A stretch of 64,000 nt of DNA from an uncultured Gammaproteobacteria bacterium (GCA_964544275.1 CAZIZX010000001.1:49576-113575); one strand, 5' to 3'; counted from the first letter of the stretch, positions 19,252 to 29,753 are shown. Made by a program: numbers and translations. The notes: generated by a model from the sequence alone, not told the origin.

Positions 19252-20973
19252 ATGCTTTATACCAAACTTTTTGGTAAGACCAGCAAGACCGTCAATAGCC
19301 AAGCCGTTGTTGCCAGTCATCGCCTATTGCTCCAAGGTGGATTTATTAGACCGCTTTCTGCTGGTCGATACACACTACTACCATTGGGACTCAAAGTCTC
19401 CCAAAAAATCGAAAAAATAATCAGGCAGGAAATCGTCAAAACCGGTGCCCAGGAGTTAATTGTTCCTACTCTTCACCCTCTGGAACTTTGGCAAAAAGCT
19501 AACCGCGACAAAAAATTTGGATCTGCCATGATGTGTGTCAAAGATCGCAATCAAACCGAGTTTACTTTGGGTGCTACCGCTGAAGTAGTCATGATGGATT
19601 TGGTTAACCAGTTTAATGTCACCCACAAGGACCTGCCCTTAAATATTTTCCAGTTTTCCCAAAAATTCCGCGACGAAGCTCGACCCAGTGGCGGACTACT
19701 TCGGACCCGGGAGTTTGTCATGAAGGACGGTTATTCTTTCCATTCAAACGAAAAAGACCTTCAAAAAACTTACCGGCAGTACTGGGAAGCTTACCAAAGA
19801 ATTGCCCAACTTCTAAAATTGGATGTATTGGTTGTCGAGTCTGACAATGGTGCTATTGGAGGCGCCGTCTCTCATGAGTTTATGGTCGAAGCCGATGTTG
19901 GCGAAGATACTGTCGTTAAATGCTCTTGTGGCTATGCCGCTAACCTGGAAAGGGCCGAGTTTATCAAAGAATCCAAAAATATTGGTGAAGAAATTAAACC
20001 TCTAAAAAAAGTTGAAGCTGTCAGGGGAACCACCATGGAGGATGGCGTCAAACTTCACCATCTTCCTCTTTGGCAGCAGATCAAAGATGTTGTCTATGTT
20101 GATGAACAAGGCCGCTATATCCTGGCCATAATTCGGGGTGATTTTATGGTTAACGAAACTAAACTAAAAAACCTGGTTCAATCCGTTGAACTCCGTCATG
20201 CCACTGACGAAGAAATCAGAAATAATCTCCACTCGGAACCCGGTTTTATTTCTCCCGTTGGCATAAAAGACAACCTCAAAAACAACATTCAGCTAATTGT
20301 GGTTGCCGACGATTCATTCAAAACCATTAGGAATGCCTACGGTGGCTCCAACATCAAAAACATGGATTTAATCAATGTCAACCCCAATCGCGATTACAAG
20401 CCCGACAAAGAAGGCGATATTGCCCAGGCTCAAGCAGGCTATCTTTGTCCTAAATGTCAAAAACAAAAACTATCCGCTATTAAAGCAATTGAATTTGGCA
20501 ATATATTCAACATCGGATACACCTACTCAAAACCCATGAACGGCACCTTTGTTGATTCAGACGGCCAAAACAAACTACTCTATATGGGTTCATATGGCAT
20601 CGGTATTGGCCGGGCTATAGCCACGATTGTCGAAAAACACCACGATGACAAAGGTATCGTTTGGCCAGACGCAGTTGCTCCTTTTGACATTCACCTGATC
20701 GGTCTCGATTTATTCGATAGCAAAGTCAAAAAAGAAGCCCAATCACTTTACCGCTCTCTCATTGATAAAGGGTTTGATGTTCTCTACGATGATCGGGAAG
20801 AAGTCTCTGCTGGTACCAAATTTAATGACGCCGACCTCATTGGTAATCCCATACGCTTATTAATCAGTCGCAAAAGCCTGAAAAATGGTGGCGTTGAATA
20901 CAAAAAACGCCGCGATTCATCTTCACAAGTAATTTCTCTAAAAGAAATTGTCAACTCCATGCTTTATACTTAA
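19252..20973 (+). CDS. proS: Proline--tRNA ligase with INS editing domain
   Basis: FRDEARP, GLLRTREFVMKD, MGSYGIGIGR, DADLIGNP. Confidence 0.96.
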   Translation: MLYTKLFGKTSKTVNSQAVVASHRLLLQGGFIRPLSAGRYTLLPLGLKVSQKIEKIIRQEIVKTGAQELIVPTLHPLELWQKANRDKKFGSAMMCVKDRNQTEFTLGATAEVVMMDLVNQFNVTHKDLPLNIFQFSQKFRDEARPSGGLLRTREFVMKDGYSFHSNEKDLQKTYRQYWEAYQRIAQLLKLDVLVVESDNGAIGGAVSHEFMVEADVGEDTVVKCSCGYAANLERAEFIKESKNIGEEIKPLKKVEAVRGTTMEDGVKLHHLPLWQQIKDVVYVDEQGRYILAIIRGDFMVNETKLKNLVQSVELRHATDEEIRNNLHSEPGFISPVGIKDNLKNNIQLIVVADDSFKTIRNAYGGSNIKNMDLINVNPNRDYKPDKEGDIAQAQAGYLCPKCQKQKLSAIKAIEFGNIFNIGYTYSKPMNGTFVDSDGQNKLLYMGSYGIGIGRAIATIVEKHHDDKGIVWPDAVAPFDIHLIGLDLFDSKVKKEAQSLYRSLIDKGFDVLYDDREEVSAGTKFNDADLIGNPIRLLISRKSLKNGGVEYKKRRDSSSQVISLKEIVNSMLYT

Positions 20974-20976
20974 TTC

Positions 20977-23118
20977 ATGGCCAAACGCGGACGCAAAAAG
21001 AAATCATTTGGAATCATTCCTCGGCTTAAACTTAAGCCCTCGACAATTCAATCAATCTTTTTCATCTTTTTTCTTATCCTGGCCATAATTTCAATTTTTT
21101 CTTTTCTTCAGACTGGCCCAATTCCTACCCAATATAACCTAGTTCTAAGTAACCTGTTTGGTTTTGGTTCAATTTTTGTACCGTTCCTCCTCCTTTTAAT
21201 TGCTTTTCTTTTCGCCAAGATTAAATCACCTCTAAAAGAGCCAAATGTCTTTCTGGGGTTTTCCATTATGTTTTTATCAATTATCAGCCTTTTTGGCCAA
21301 GGTACGGTGGGTGATTTTTTTTGGGAACAGCTAGGTATCCTATTTGGCCCCATACCCACCTTTCTAATTTATTTTTTCTCGTTTATTGTTGGTTTCGTGG
21401 TTCTTTTTGATACTTCGGTGGTCCAAATATTTAAATTCTTCAGCAACTCTTTTTCGTTAATCAAAAAATACTCTATTGGCAACAGTCTCGATAAAAAGGC
21501 CAAGAAAACCAAAGAGTCCGGTGACATCTTTCAGTCTCAACAACTGACAATTAAAGATGAATATAATGACCGAGAAAACAAACAGTCCGATCCTACCGTA
21601 GTCAATGTTCCCCCGGTTATGAAACCATCCGCGTCTCCATCAGGCAATCCTTTCGGTTCATTGAGTTCCTCCGCCAATCAAATCTGGGAATATCCCGATA
21701 TATCCATATTTGACGGTTCCCCGGGAATCAAAGCTGATCGGGGAGATGTCCGCAAAAACGCCCAAATTATCGAGCAAACACTCGACTCTTTTGGTATTAC
21801 CGCCCGGGTTGCCGAAGTCAACAACAGTCCTTCGGTCACCCAATATGCTCTCGAAGTTGCTCTTGGTACCAAACTGGCCAAGATTATCAGCTTGAGTAAT
21901 GATCTGGCCATGGCCTTAGCTGCTCCGGGAGGTCAGATTAGAGTAGAAGCTCCAATTCCGGGCCGATCATTGGTTGGCATCGAAGTGCCGAACAAATCGT
22001 TGGAAGTTGTACCTATCCGCCAAATTCTTGAATCTGATGCCATGAAGCAAGCTAAAACCAAAATTACCATACCCTTAGGCAAAGACGTTGCCGGCCTATC
22101 TCGCGTTGCCGATATTTCCAAAATGCCCCACGTTCTTATTGCTGGTCAAACCGGGTCCGGAAAATCAGTCTGTGTCAATTCCTGGATTGCCACTCTGCTA
22201 TTCCGTGCTTCTCCCCAGGAGGTTAAATTAATTTTGGTTGACCCCAAAAGAGTTGAGCTGACTCCTTATAACGGTATTCCACATCTACTTACTCCGGTCA
22301 TTGTTGAACCCGAAAAAGTTTTATCAGCTCTTAAATGGGCGGTTTCAGAAATGGAAAACCGCTATAAAATGTTTACCGAAGTTGGCGCCAAGAATATCGA
22401 AGGTTACAACAATATGGCCGGTTTTCAGTCGGTTCCCTACATTATCATCATCATTGATGAATTAGCCGAAATTATGCTATTCTCACCAGCCGAAGTTGAA
22501 GACAATGTTTGTCGTCTAGCCCAAATGGCCCGCGCTGTCGGTATTCATTTGGTACTGGCCACCCAAAGACCTTCAGTCAACGTTATTACCGGATTAATCA
22601 AAGCCAATATCCCCGCCAGAATTGCCTTTGCTGTCGCCTCCATGATGGATTCACGTGTTATCCTTGATTCTCCCGGGGCCGAGAAGCTGTTAGGTAGGGG
22701 AGACATGCTTTATATACCTCCGGAACTGGCCAAGCCGGTTAGAATTCAGGGTTGCTTTGTCTCCGACAAGGAAATAAACAATTTAATTAATTTTCTGAAA
22801 TCCCAAAAAAGTGACGCCGAATACAATGATCACATTTTAAGCCAACCTATCGCTAGTCCTACTTCAATGAGCAAGAATATTATGCAGATAAATGGTGAAG
22901 AACGTGATGCTGTTTTTGAGGATGCTGTTAGATTAGTACAGGAAACCGGTAAAGCTTCAGCGTCTATGATGCAGCGTCGTCTCAAATTAGGTTATGCTCG
23001 CGCCGCCAGAGTCTTAGACGAACTTGAGCAGGCCGGTATTGTTGGCCCCGCTAACGGTGCCAAGCCACGCGACATATTAATCCCTCACAACTCTCCCGAC
23101 TCACACGGTGAACAGTAA
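20977..23118 (+). CDS. ftsK: DNA translocase FtsK
   Basis: N-terminal TMs, PHVLIAGQTGSGKS, IIDELAE, LATQRPS, gamma domain QRRLKLGYARAAR. Confidence 0.96.
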   Translation: MAKRGRKKKSFGIIPRLKLKPSTIQSIFFIFFLILAIISIFSFLQTGPIPTQYNLVLSNLFGFGSIFVPFLLLLIAFLFAKIKSPLKEPNVFLGFSIMFLSIISLFGQGTVGDFFWEQLGILFGPIPTFLIYFFSFIVGFVVLFDTSVVQIFKFFSNSFSLIKKYSIGNSLDKKAKKTKESGDIFQSQQLTIKDEYNDRENKQSDPTVVNVPPVMKPSASPSGNPFGSLSSSANQIWEYPDISIFDGSPGIKADRGDVRKNAQIIEQTLDSFGITARVAEVNNSPSVTQYALEVALGTKLAKIISLSNDLAMALAAPGGQIRVEAPIPGRSLVGIEVPNKSLEVVPIRQILESDAMKQAKTKITIPLGKDVAGLSRVADISKMPHVLIAGQTGSGKSVCVNSWIATLLFRASPQEVKLILVDPKRVELTPYNGIPHLLTPVIVEPEKVLSALKWAVSEMENRYKMFTEVGAKNIEGYNNMAGFQSVPYIIIIIDELAEIMLFSPAEVEDNVCRLAQMARAVGIHLVLATQRPSVNVITGLIKANIPARIAFAVASMMDSRVILDSPGAEKLLGRGDMLYIPPELAKPVRIQGCFVSDKEINNLINFLKSQKSDAEYNDHILSQPIASPTSMSKNIMQINGEERDAVFEDAVRLVQETGKASASMMQRRLKLGYARAARVLDELEQAGIVGPANGAKPRDILIPHNSPDSHGEQ

Positions 23119-23121
23119 ATT

Positions 23122-23727
23122 ATGTTTAGAGCTTCAACTATTTTAAATAATGCCCGTCTTGATAAAGATCAGGATCTTCCTGGAGTTGCCAAAAAACTTA
23201 AAATTCCTGTCAAATATCTCCAAGCCATAGAGTCCGAAGACGTGCCTAATTTTCCCCAGGAACCTTACTGTTCGCTTATTATCAAAGATTATGCCGAGTA
23301 TCTGGGCTTAAACGGCCAGGAAACCTTAAAACTTTTCCGTCGTGATTTTGCCCAGAAAAAAAAGGCCAAAACTATAACCAAAGAATTCTTTTCCTTTACC
23401 CCTCAATTTACTTTCACTGCCTCGATAATTATTTTTACTCTTTTTTTTACTGGATATCTCATCTCCGAATACTTCAAATTTAACCAGCCGCCAAAACTCA
23501 AGATTGAAGCTCCGCAGCAAACCACTCTTGGCTCAAATATTGAGATATCAGGCACAACCGACCCTGAATCTACTGTCAGGATTAATCAGGATTTAGTTAT
23601 TGTCGACCAAAAAGGCTACTTTAGCAAAAGAATAACAATTAACGAGCCCGACACCCTGATCACGGTCGAATCCAAGTCTCCCAGCGGCAAACTGTCTACC
23701 CAAGAATGGCTAATAAATGCCAAATGA
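23122..23727 (+). CDS. RodZ-like HTH-TM protein with C-terminal Ig-like domain
   Basis: LKIPVKYLQAIE and IKDYAEYLGLN HTH, single TM, ISGTTDPESTVRIN beta domain; follows ftsK. Confidence 0.8.
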   Translation: MFRASTILNNARLDKDQDLPGVAKKLKIPVKYLQAIESEDVPNFPQEPYCSLIIKDYAEYLGLNGQETLKLFRRDFAQKKKAKTITKEFFSFTPQFTFTASIIIFTLFFTGYLISEYFKFNQPPKLKIEAPQQTTLGSNIEISGTTDPESTVRINQDLVIVDQKGYFSKRITINEPDTLITVESKSPSGKLSTQEWLINAK

Positions 23728-23761
23728 TGACAAAGAAAATTAAATCCTTTATACTGAACCC

Positions 23762-24016
23762 ATGGATATCACCCAAACAATAATTTTAATAAGTATCGGT
23801 TCTATCTCTGCCGTTGTAATTGCTGGAGGGGTCTGGTTTATCTTAATATTACGCGAACTCAAAACAACCATTAACAAGGCCAACAGCATTCTCGACGACA
23901 CCAAAATGATCACTTCTTCTGTAGCCCAACCAGTCTCATCCCTTTCTGAGTTCCTCATGGGTTTCAGGAATGGTATTAATCTTTTCAATAATCTCTTCAA
24001 GAAACAGGAGAATTAA
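23762..24016 (+). CDS. Small single-TM coiled-coil protein (YtxG/DUF948-like)
   Basis: N-terminal TM followed by an amphipathic helix; adjacent to a YtxH-like gene. Confidence 0.6.
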   Translation: MDITQTIILISIGSISAVVIAGGVWFILILRELKTTINKANSILDDTKMITSSVAQPVSSLSEFLMGFRNGINLFNNLFKKQEN

Positions 24017-24019
24017 ATA

Positions 24020-24322
24020 ATGAGTTCTTGCTGCTCAGAAGAACAAACCCAATCTAGCTCCAATTTTCTTTTTGGCCTTTTAATCGGAACGGTTGTCGGC
24101 GCAATTATTGCTGTCATCGTCTACAAAAATAACAAATCTAAAGTCTTAAAAGATTTCCAAAAAAAGGTCCAAGACATTTTTAACCAACTTACTCAGCCAT
24201 CTTCTGAGGCAAAAACTTCCCCTCGTCAGCCTAAATTTGAAATTGAATTTGTTGAGCCCCAAGTCCAGACGCCTCCGAAAAGAAAAACTACCCCCAGAAT
24301 GTTTGTCAAGCCCAAAAAGTAA
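24020..24322 (+). CDS. YtxH-like membrane protein
   Basis: FLFGLLIGTVVGAIIAV motif typical of the YtxH N-terminus. Confidence 0.65.
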   Translation: MSSCCSEEQTQSSSNFLFGLLIGTVVGAIIAVIVYKNNKSKVLKDFQKKVQDIFNQLTQPSSEAKTSPRQPKFEIEFVEPQVQTPPKRKTTPRMFVKPKK

Positions 24323-24344
24323 AGCTTTTGTTATAATCTCAGAT

Positions 24345-26120
24345 ATGAAAGCCAGGGAACTCAAGGATAAGTTTATCCAGTGTTTTGTGTCAAAAAATCA
24401 TATCGAAATCCCCAGCGCCTCACTCATTCCGGAAAATGACCCCACCACTCTTTTCATCTCTGCCGGTATGCATCCACTGGTTCCTTACCTTTTAGGACAA
24501 CCACACCCCGGTGGCAAAAGACTAACAAATGTCCAAAAGTGCGTTCGGACTGGTGACATTGAAGAAGTTGGCGACACCTTTCATCACACCTTTTTTGAAA
24601 TGCTTGGTAACTGGTCTTTAGGTGATTATTTCAAAAAGGATATGATTCCCTGGAGCTTTGAATTTTTAACCCGGAAACTAAATGTTAATCCCCAAAATCT
24701 TCATGTGACTGTCTTTGCCGGTGACGCAGATGCCCCCAAAGACGAAGAAAGCGCCACTCTCTGGAAGTCACTTGGCCTGTCAGAAAATCAAGTTCACTTT
24801 CTACCCAAAAAAGACAATTGGTGGGGTCCTGCCGGTGCCACCGGACCCTGTGGTCCGGATACGGAAATGTTTCTTGATACTCAACCTCAGAAACCGAAAG
24901 TTGAATTTAAAAAAGGTTGTCGTCAGGGTCGTTACATTGAAGTTTGGAACGACGTATTTTTGGAATATAACAAAACCCTTGAAGGCAAATATGAGCCGTT
25001 GTCTCAAAAAAATGTAGACACCGGTATGGGGGTTGAAAGAACAACTGCCATACTTTCAGGATATTCTGATAATTATCAATCGTCCATCTGGCAGCCGATA
25101 ATCAACAAAATTGAAGAAATATCGGGCAAATTATACCAACATGAGGAAAACAAGAAACCTACAAGAATTATTGCCGATCATATTCGTTCCGCCGTGTTTA
25201 TCACCGCCGATGGTGTCCAACCCTCCAACAAAGAAGCCGGTTACGTCTTACGTCGGTTAATCCGCCGTTCCATCCGTCAGGGAAAGATTTTAGGTATCGA
25301 AAGCAACTTTACCTCTTTTGTCGCCCAGGCCGTAATTGATAATCAGGATAATTATGCTGGGGTGTATCCGGAGCTAAAGCAGCAATCAAAGATTATTGAA
25401 ATCCTGAACGATGAAGAAAATAAATTTAGAAAAACCCTGAACAATGGCCTAAAAGAAATTAATAAATTAATCGCCCAAAGACAAACAATTACTGGCTCCG
25501 ATGCCTTCAAAATCTATGAAAGTTTTGGTTTTCCCCTGGAAATGATTGTCGAAGAATTAAAAAAACACGGTAAGAAGCTAAATATTGATGAATTTAATCA
25601 GTCTAAAGTTGCTCACCAGGAAAAATCCCGCACGCTTTCAGCTGGTAAATTTAAAAGCGGTTTAGCCGACCAGTCGGAAATCGTCACCAAATACCACACC
25701 GCTACCCACTTACTCCACACTGCATTAAAGCAAATACTAGGTTCATACATCAAACAGACCGGCTCCAACATCACCGCTGACCGTCTACGTTTCGATTTTA
25801 GCTACTCCCGCCAATTATCTGATTCTGAGCTTAAATCAATTGAAAAATTAGTCAACGAGCAAATCAAAAAATCCTTGCCGGTGACTTTTGAAGTCATGCC
25901 TTACAAACAGGCTGTTGACAGTGGGGCTTTAGCTTTGTTTGGTGATAAATACCCAGAAAACGTATCGGTCTACACTATTGGTGATAAAAACCTTATCTTT
26001 TCCAAAGAAGTTTGTACCGGACCCCATGTAGCCAATACCAAAGATTTGGGAGTATTCGAAATTACCAAAGAAGAATCGGCCGGTTCAGGCAAGAGAAGAA
26101 TTTACGCTTGTTTAAAGTAG
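24345..26120 (+). CDS. alaS: Alanine--tRNA ligase, lacking the C-Ala domain
   Basis: TLFISAGM, FFEMLGNWS, DTGMGVER, HTATHLLH editing site, CTGPHV; stops after GKRRIYA. Confidence 0.96.
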   Translation: MKARELKDKFIQCFVSKNHIEIPSASLIPENDPTTLFISAGMHPLVPYLLGQPHPGGKRLTNVQKCVRTGDIEEVGDTFHHTFFEMLGNWSLGDYFKKDMIPWSFEFLTRKLNVNPQNLHVTVFAGDADAPKDEESATLWKSLGLSENQVHFLPKKDNWWGPAGATGPCGPDTEMFLDTQPQKPKVEFKKGCRQGRYIEVWNDVFLEYNKTLEGKYEPLSQKNVDTGMGVERTTAILSGYSDNYQSSIWQPIINKIEEISGKLYQHEENKKPTRIIADHIRSAVFITADGVQPSNKEAGYVLRRLIRRSIRQGKILGIESNFTSFVAQAVIDNQDNYAGVYPELKQQSKIIEILNDEENKFRKTLNNGLKEINKLIAQRQTITGSDAFKIYESFGFPLEMIVEELKKHGKKLNIDEFNQSKVAHQEKSRTLSAGKFKSGLADQSEIVTKYHTATHLLHTALKQILGSYIKQTGSNITADRLRFDFSYSRQLSDSELKSIEKLVNEQIKKSLPVTFEVMPYKQAVDSGALALFGDKYPENVSVYTIGDKNLIFSKEVCTGPHVANTKDLGVFEITKEESAGSGKRRIYACLK

Positions 26121-26155
26121 TTCTAAGAGTCTCAAAATATTGTATCCTTATATAA

Positions 26156-28435
26156 ATGAATCAAAGTTATTTTTGGTTGATTTCTATCGAAGAGGGAACA
26201 GTTGTTGTCTCTTTAGTTTCCTTGAAGGAAGACCGGTATTCTATCGCCGCCATCGGTGGGCAAGTTGAATGGAACTCACAGGAAGAAAATTCTTTGGCCG
26301 CAGCCGTGGACGGATCCTTGTCCCAAGCAGCACTCAAAGCAGATCTGCCTGAAAGCCAGGAGCCCGAAAACGCTGCTTTCATACTACCGCCCTTTTGGGT
26401 GGGATCAGATGGCAAAATAATTCCCGACAAGAAAAAAACCATCGAACCACTGTGCCGAACCCTTAACCTAAAGCCCATGGGCTTTATCGCCAACGACGAA
26501 GCCATCGTCGAAGAAGCTAATCTCAAAGATGGTTTTCCGGCCAGTTTTGTTTTGCTGAACCTAAGCAGTCACAGCATCACCATTTCGCTTGTGTATCTAG
26601 GCAAAATCAAAGAACGAATCAAAAAACCCATGACTAATGAGTTCAGTCCCTCATTAGTAGAATCAGCCCTGATTGAATTAAATACCGAATCTACTCTCCC
26701 TCCCCAGATTCTTGTTTTCGGACAAATATCTGACGATATTGTTAGTTCACTAAAAAATTACCCGTGGATTGGCAAAAAGGATACTGAGACCTTTCTTCAC
26801 TTTCCTGATATAAATGTCATCACCCCCGAAACTCTTGCCAAAACATTTTCCAGTGTAATTGCTGCCCAGGTCAATCTTGATAGTCTTAAGCCCTCAACCC
26901 AAACAAAAGAAAATGGCCTTGATTCTCAATATGAAACCGAAATCGAAACTGAGACTGGCAGTGAAACCGATTTAGAACCAGAAGCATCTCTCGAAAAGTC
27001 TCAAAATGAAGATAATCAAACTCTTGAAAATGAGAAGATTGAAACCATCACGGCCGATGAAGACATTACTGTATCGGACATAAAAGAAGTTTCCCCGGAG
27101 GATTTAGGCTTTTCCAGCTCCCAGCCAATACCGACAAACACACCCTTGGAAGAAACATTGCCTCTAATTACCCCCGAAGACAATCTGCCAGCAGACATTC
27201 CTTTACAGGATCTTCCTATCCCCAGTCGTAAGAAATCCAAATTATCACTCCCCAAAGTATCTTTATCTGGTCTTAGAATCCCTCTTTTTGTCAAAACCAA
27301 AGGATTTTTACTCATTCCGGCGGCTTTCCCTCTCCTGCTGCTTTTACCTTTCTTCTTTTCCAAAGCTCAAGTCCGTTTATTTGTTACACCATATGAATAT
27401 AACTACTCTGCTCCGGTTACTGTCGACACAGCCGCCCAAACCACCGACGTCAACAAAAAAATTATCCCAGCAGAACTCAAAACATTGAATTTTACTGCCA
27501 GTGACAGCATCCCCACCACTGGTGAAAAAACAGTCGGCGAAAAAGCTCAGGGCGAAATTGTCATATTTAACAAACAGGATAAAGCCCAATCATTGGTCCA
27601 AGGTGCTACCCTTACCGACTCTTCTGGTCATGCTTTCGAACTGGTTAATCCGGTTTCAGTTACGGCCAGTGACTCTGATCTGGACGAGGGAGTTATTAAC
27701 TTAGGACAAACTAAAGCCCTTTTGATTGCCAAAGACATTGGCCCTGAGTACAATATTGCCAAAGATACCAAGCTGACCTTCAAAGACTACCCGGAAAGCA
27801 GTCTAGTAGCCAAGGTTAATGAAGCATTTGCCGGAGGCAGCAAAAGACAGATAAAAGCAGTTAGCAAAGAAGATAAGCTCTCCCTGGAAAACCGCCTGGA
27901 TTCCAGTCTAAAAGAAGAACTTGAACGAAAAGTGGAACAAGACTTATCGTCACTGTCCGGTGTCATCCGTGATTCAATTCAAACGAAAAAAAGTCGGGTG
28001 GAATTTAATCGCGAAGAAGGAGAGGAGGCCGAAGAGTTAAGTGCCAGTATCAATGCTACCGTCAATGTGCTGGTGGTCACTCCCACTCTCAAAAAAGAAA
28101 TCATCGCCTCATACTTATCCGGACAAGAAAATTTTGACAAAGTTGAAATTGATCCAAATATTTTTGAAGTTAACTATGAAATAACAAAAATGGAAACTGA
28201 TCGTGCTAGTGCCACTCTTAGGATCTCCGGGATTGCTCTTCCCAAAGTAAACACCAATCTTGTTAAAACTCAAATATCAGGTAAAAGTAAAGCAAAAGCT
28301 GAAAATTATCTTAAAACTTTAGATCGGGTTTATAACTTTAACATCAAAAGAAATCTTTCTTTCTTGAATTTTATCAACCCTATGCCCTTCAAACCTGACA
28401 ATATTACAATTGAAGTTATTACCGAATCTCTGTGA
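26156..28435 (+). CDS. Membrane protein: degenerate FtsA/actin-like N-domain, acidic linker, TM, baseplate-J-like extracellular domain
   Basis: KAQGEIVIFN, GATL, AKDIGPEYNI and NEAFAGG follow the baseplate J/gp47-like pattern; TM FLLIPAAFPLLLLLPFFF; N-domain call is tentative. Confidence 0.6.
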   Translation: MNQSYFWLISIEEGTVVVSLVSLKEDRYSIAAIGGQVEWNSQEENSLAAAVDGSLSQAALKADLPESQEPENAAFILPPFWVGSDGKIIPDKKKTIEPLCRTLNLKPMGFIANDEAIVEEANLKDGFPASFVLLNLSSHSITISLVYLGKIKERIKKPMTNEFSPSLVESALIELNTESTLPPQILVFGQISDDIVSSLKNYPWIGKKDTETFLHFPDINVITPETLAKTFSSVIAAQVNLDSLKPSTQTKENGLDSQYETEIETETGSETDLEPEASLEKSQNEDNQTLENEKIETITADEDITVSDIKEVSPEDLGFSSSQPIPTNTPLEETLPLITPEDNLPADIPLQDLPIPSRKKSKLSLPKVSLSGLRIPLFVKTKGFLLIPAAFPLLLLLPFFFSKAQVRLFVTPYEYNYSAPVTVDTAAQTTDVNKKIIPAELKTLNFTASDSIPTTGEKTVGEKAQGEIVIFNKQDKAQSLVQGATLTDSSGHAFELVNPVSVTASDSDLDEGVINLGQTKALLIAKDIGPEYNIAKDTKLTFKDYPESSLVAKVNEAFAGGSKRQIKAVSKEDKLSLENRLDSSLKEELERKVEQDLSSLSGVIRDSIQTKKSRVEFNREEGEEAEELSASINATVNVLVVTPTLKKEIIASYLSGQENFDKVEIDPNIFEVNYEITKMETDRASATLRISGIALPKVNTNLVKTQISGKSKAKAENYLKTLDRVYNFNIKRNLSFLNFINPMPFKPDNITIEVITESL

Positions 28436-29154
28436 CCTATATTTACGTCAAGCAAGCAGCTAAAGAATTACCCCAAAAAAAGCCAAGAAGAAAATACGTG
28501 GCACTTATTTTCTTTGGGCTGGGTTCATTTGTTTTTCTTTCGGCCATCCTGCCAATTATGAGATTTCAACTGGAATACTCCAACAAGTTTAATCAAATGA
28601 TTAATCCTCTATCGACTAAATTTTACAACAGGTCCGGTAATATTTTGGGAGATTTAGCCACTGATTACACCCAAATAAATAATTGGTTCGTTAACGACAC
28701 TCCAAGTCAAAATCAGGACAACTTTATTCCCCCCGGCAGTCCGACAACATATAAGCTATCGATTCCAAAACTAAAAGTTCACGATGCAATCGTTGACATT
28801 GGCAGTATGGATCTGAAAAAAAGTTTAATTCAATACCCTCAGACAGCCCTTCCTGGTCAACTGGGTAATTCAGTCGTTTTTGGCCATTCGGTTTTGCCTC
28901 AATTTTTCAATCCTAAATCATATTTGACTATATTTTCCACCCTTTATCGTCTTGAGCCTGGAGACGAAATTATCGTTAATTATGACAACATCACTTATAA
29001 ATATTTAGTCGAGGAAATGTTTGAAGTTCAACCCACCGACCTGTCTGTACTCGAACAAAGGTTTGACAATCGATACCTAACCTTGATTACCTGTTCTCCT
29101 CCGGGCACCTACCTAAGAAGGCTTGTGGTCAGGACCAAGATTGTCGATTCGTAA
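28432..29154 (+). CDS. Sortase (class D/E-like)
   Basis: N-terminal TM, LSIPKL, GNSVVFGHS (His), LTLITCSPPG (Cys), RRLVVR (Arg); GTG start overlaps the upstream stop. Confidence 0.92.
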   Translation: MTYIYVKQAAKELPQKKPRRKYVALIFFGLGSFVFLSAILPIMRFQLEYSNKFNQMINPLSTKFYNRSGNILGDLATDYTQINNWFVNDTPSQNQDNFIPPGSPTTYKLSIPKLKVHDAIVDIGSMDLKKSLIQYPQTALPGQLGNSVVFGHSVLPQFFNPKSYLTIFSTLYRLEPGDEIIVNYDNITYKYLVEEMFEVQPTDLSVLEQRFDNRYLTLITCSPPGTYLRRLVVRTKIVDS

Positions 29155-29169
29155 CTGGTAAAATGATGT

Positions 29170-29541
29170 ATGAATTTACTTGGGATTGACTTTGGTACCA
29201 AAAGAATCGGGATAGCTCTGTCTATCAATGGAATCATTGTCCCACTGGATCCCATACTCAATGATGGAGCCAAATGGAACAAAATCAAAGAATTAATTGA
29301 AAAGCATAAAATAAATAAAATCTATGTCGGATTATCAACTGGTCCGATTGCTTCCTCGACTCTGGATTTTGTGAGTCGGCTTAGAAGCATGCTACAATTG
29401 TCTATAGAAACAATCGAAGAAGCGGTTTCTACCATCGAAGCAGACGAGATCTATAGACTAAACAAGAGAAAAAGAAAGGATTATGACAACAACATTGACT
29501 CAATAGCCGCCGCCGTCATATTAAGAAGGATTGTAAATTAA
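29170..29541 (+). CDS. ruvX: YqgF/RuvX-family nuclease
   Basis: LLGIDFGTKRIGIALS, YVGL, EEAVST, IDSIAAAVIL. Confidence 0.9.
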   Translation: MNLLGIDFGTKRIGIALSINGIIVPLDPILNDGAKWNKIKELIEKHKINKIYVGLSTGPIASSTLDFVSRLRSMLQLSIETIEEAVSTIEADEIYRLNKRKRKDYDNNIDSIAAAVILRRIVN

Positions 29542-29555
29542 TAATTTAAAAAATT

Positions 29556-29753
29556 ATGATAAAAAATCTAATCGCTCCGGTTCAAGCCTGGTTGTTATCC
29601 CAGGGCCGTTGTGTCGGGTGTGGTAATCCTCTTTCTATGGCCAAAAGAAAAGACGTCAGAGGACAGGTGACCGCCACCTGTAAATGCGGCCGAATTTTTA
29701 TTCATGACACCCAAAAGAATAAATATCGCCGTGCTTTATTTGACGAGATCTAA
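29556..29753 (+). CDS. Small zinc-ribbon-like protein
   Basis: CVGCG...CKCGR; TAATG coupling to mltG. Confidence 0.75.
   Translation: MIKNLIAPVQAWLLSQGRCVGCGNPLSMAKRKDVRGQVTATCKCGRIFIHDTQKNKYRRALFDEI

Noticed and set aside
26925-26985. GAAACC/GAAACT-type short repeats, and Pro-rich repeats at 32930-33160
   Set aside because: Low-complexity coding linkers (ETEIETETGSET; DNDTPP), not CRISPR or mobile repeats
26156-29753. Prophage or contractile injection system around the baseplate-J-like gene
   Set aside because: No sheath, tube, terminase, integrase or att-like repeats; the neighbours are housekeeping genes
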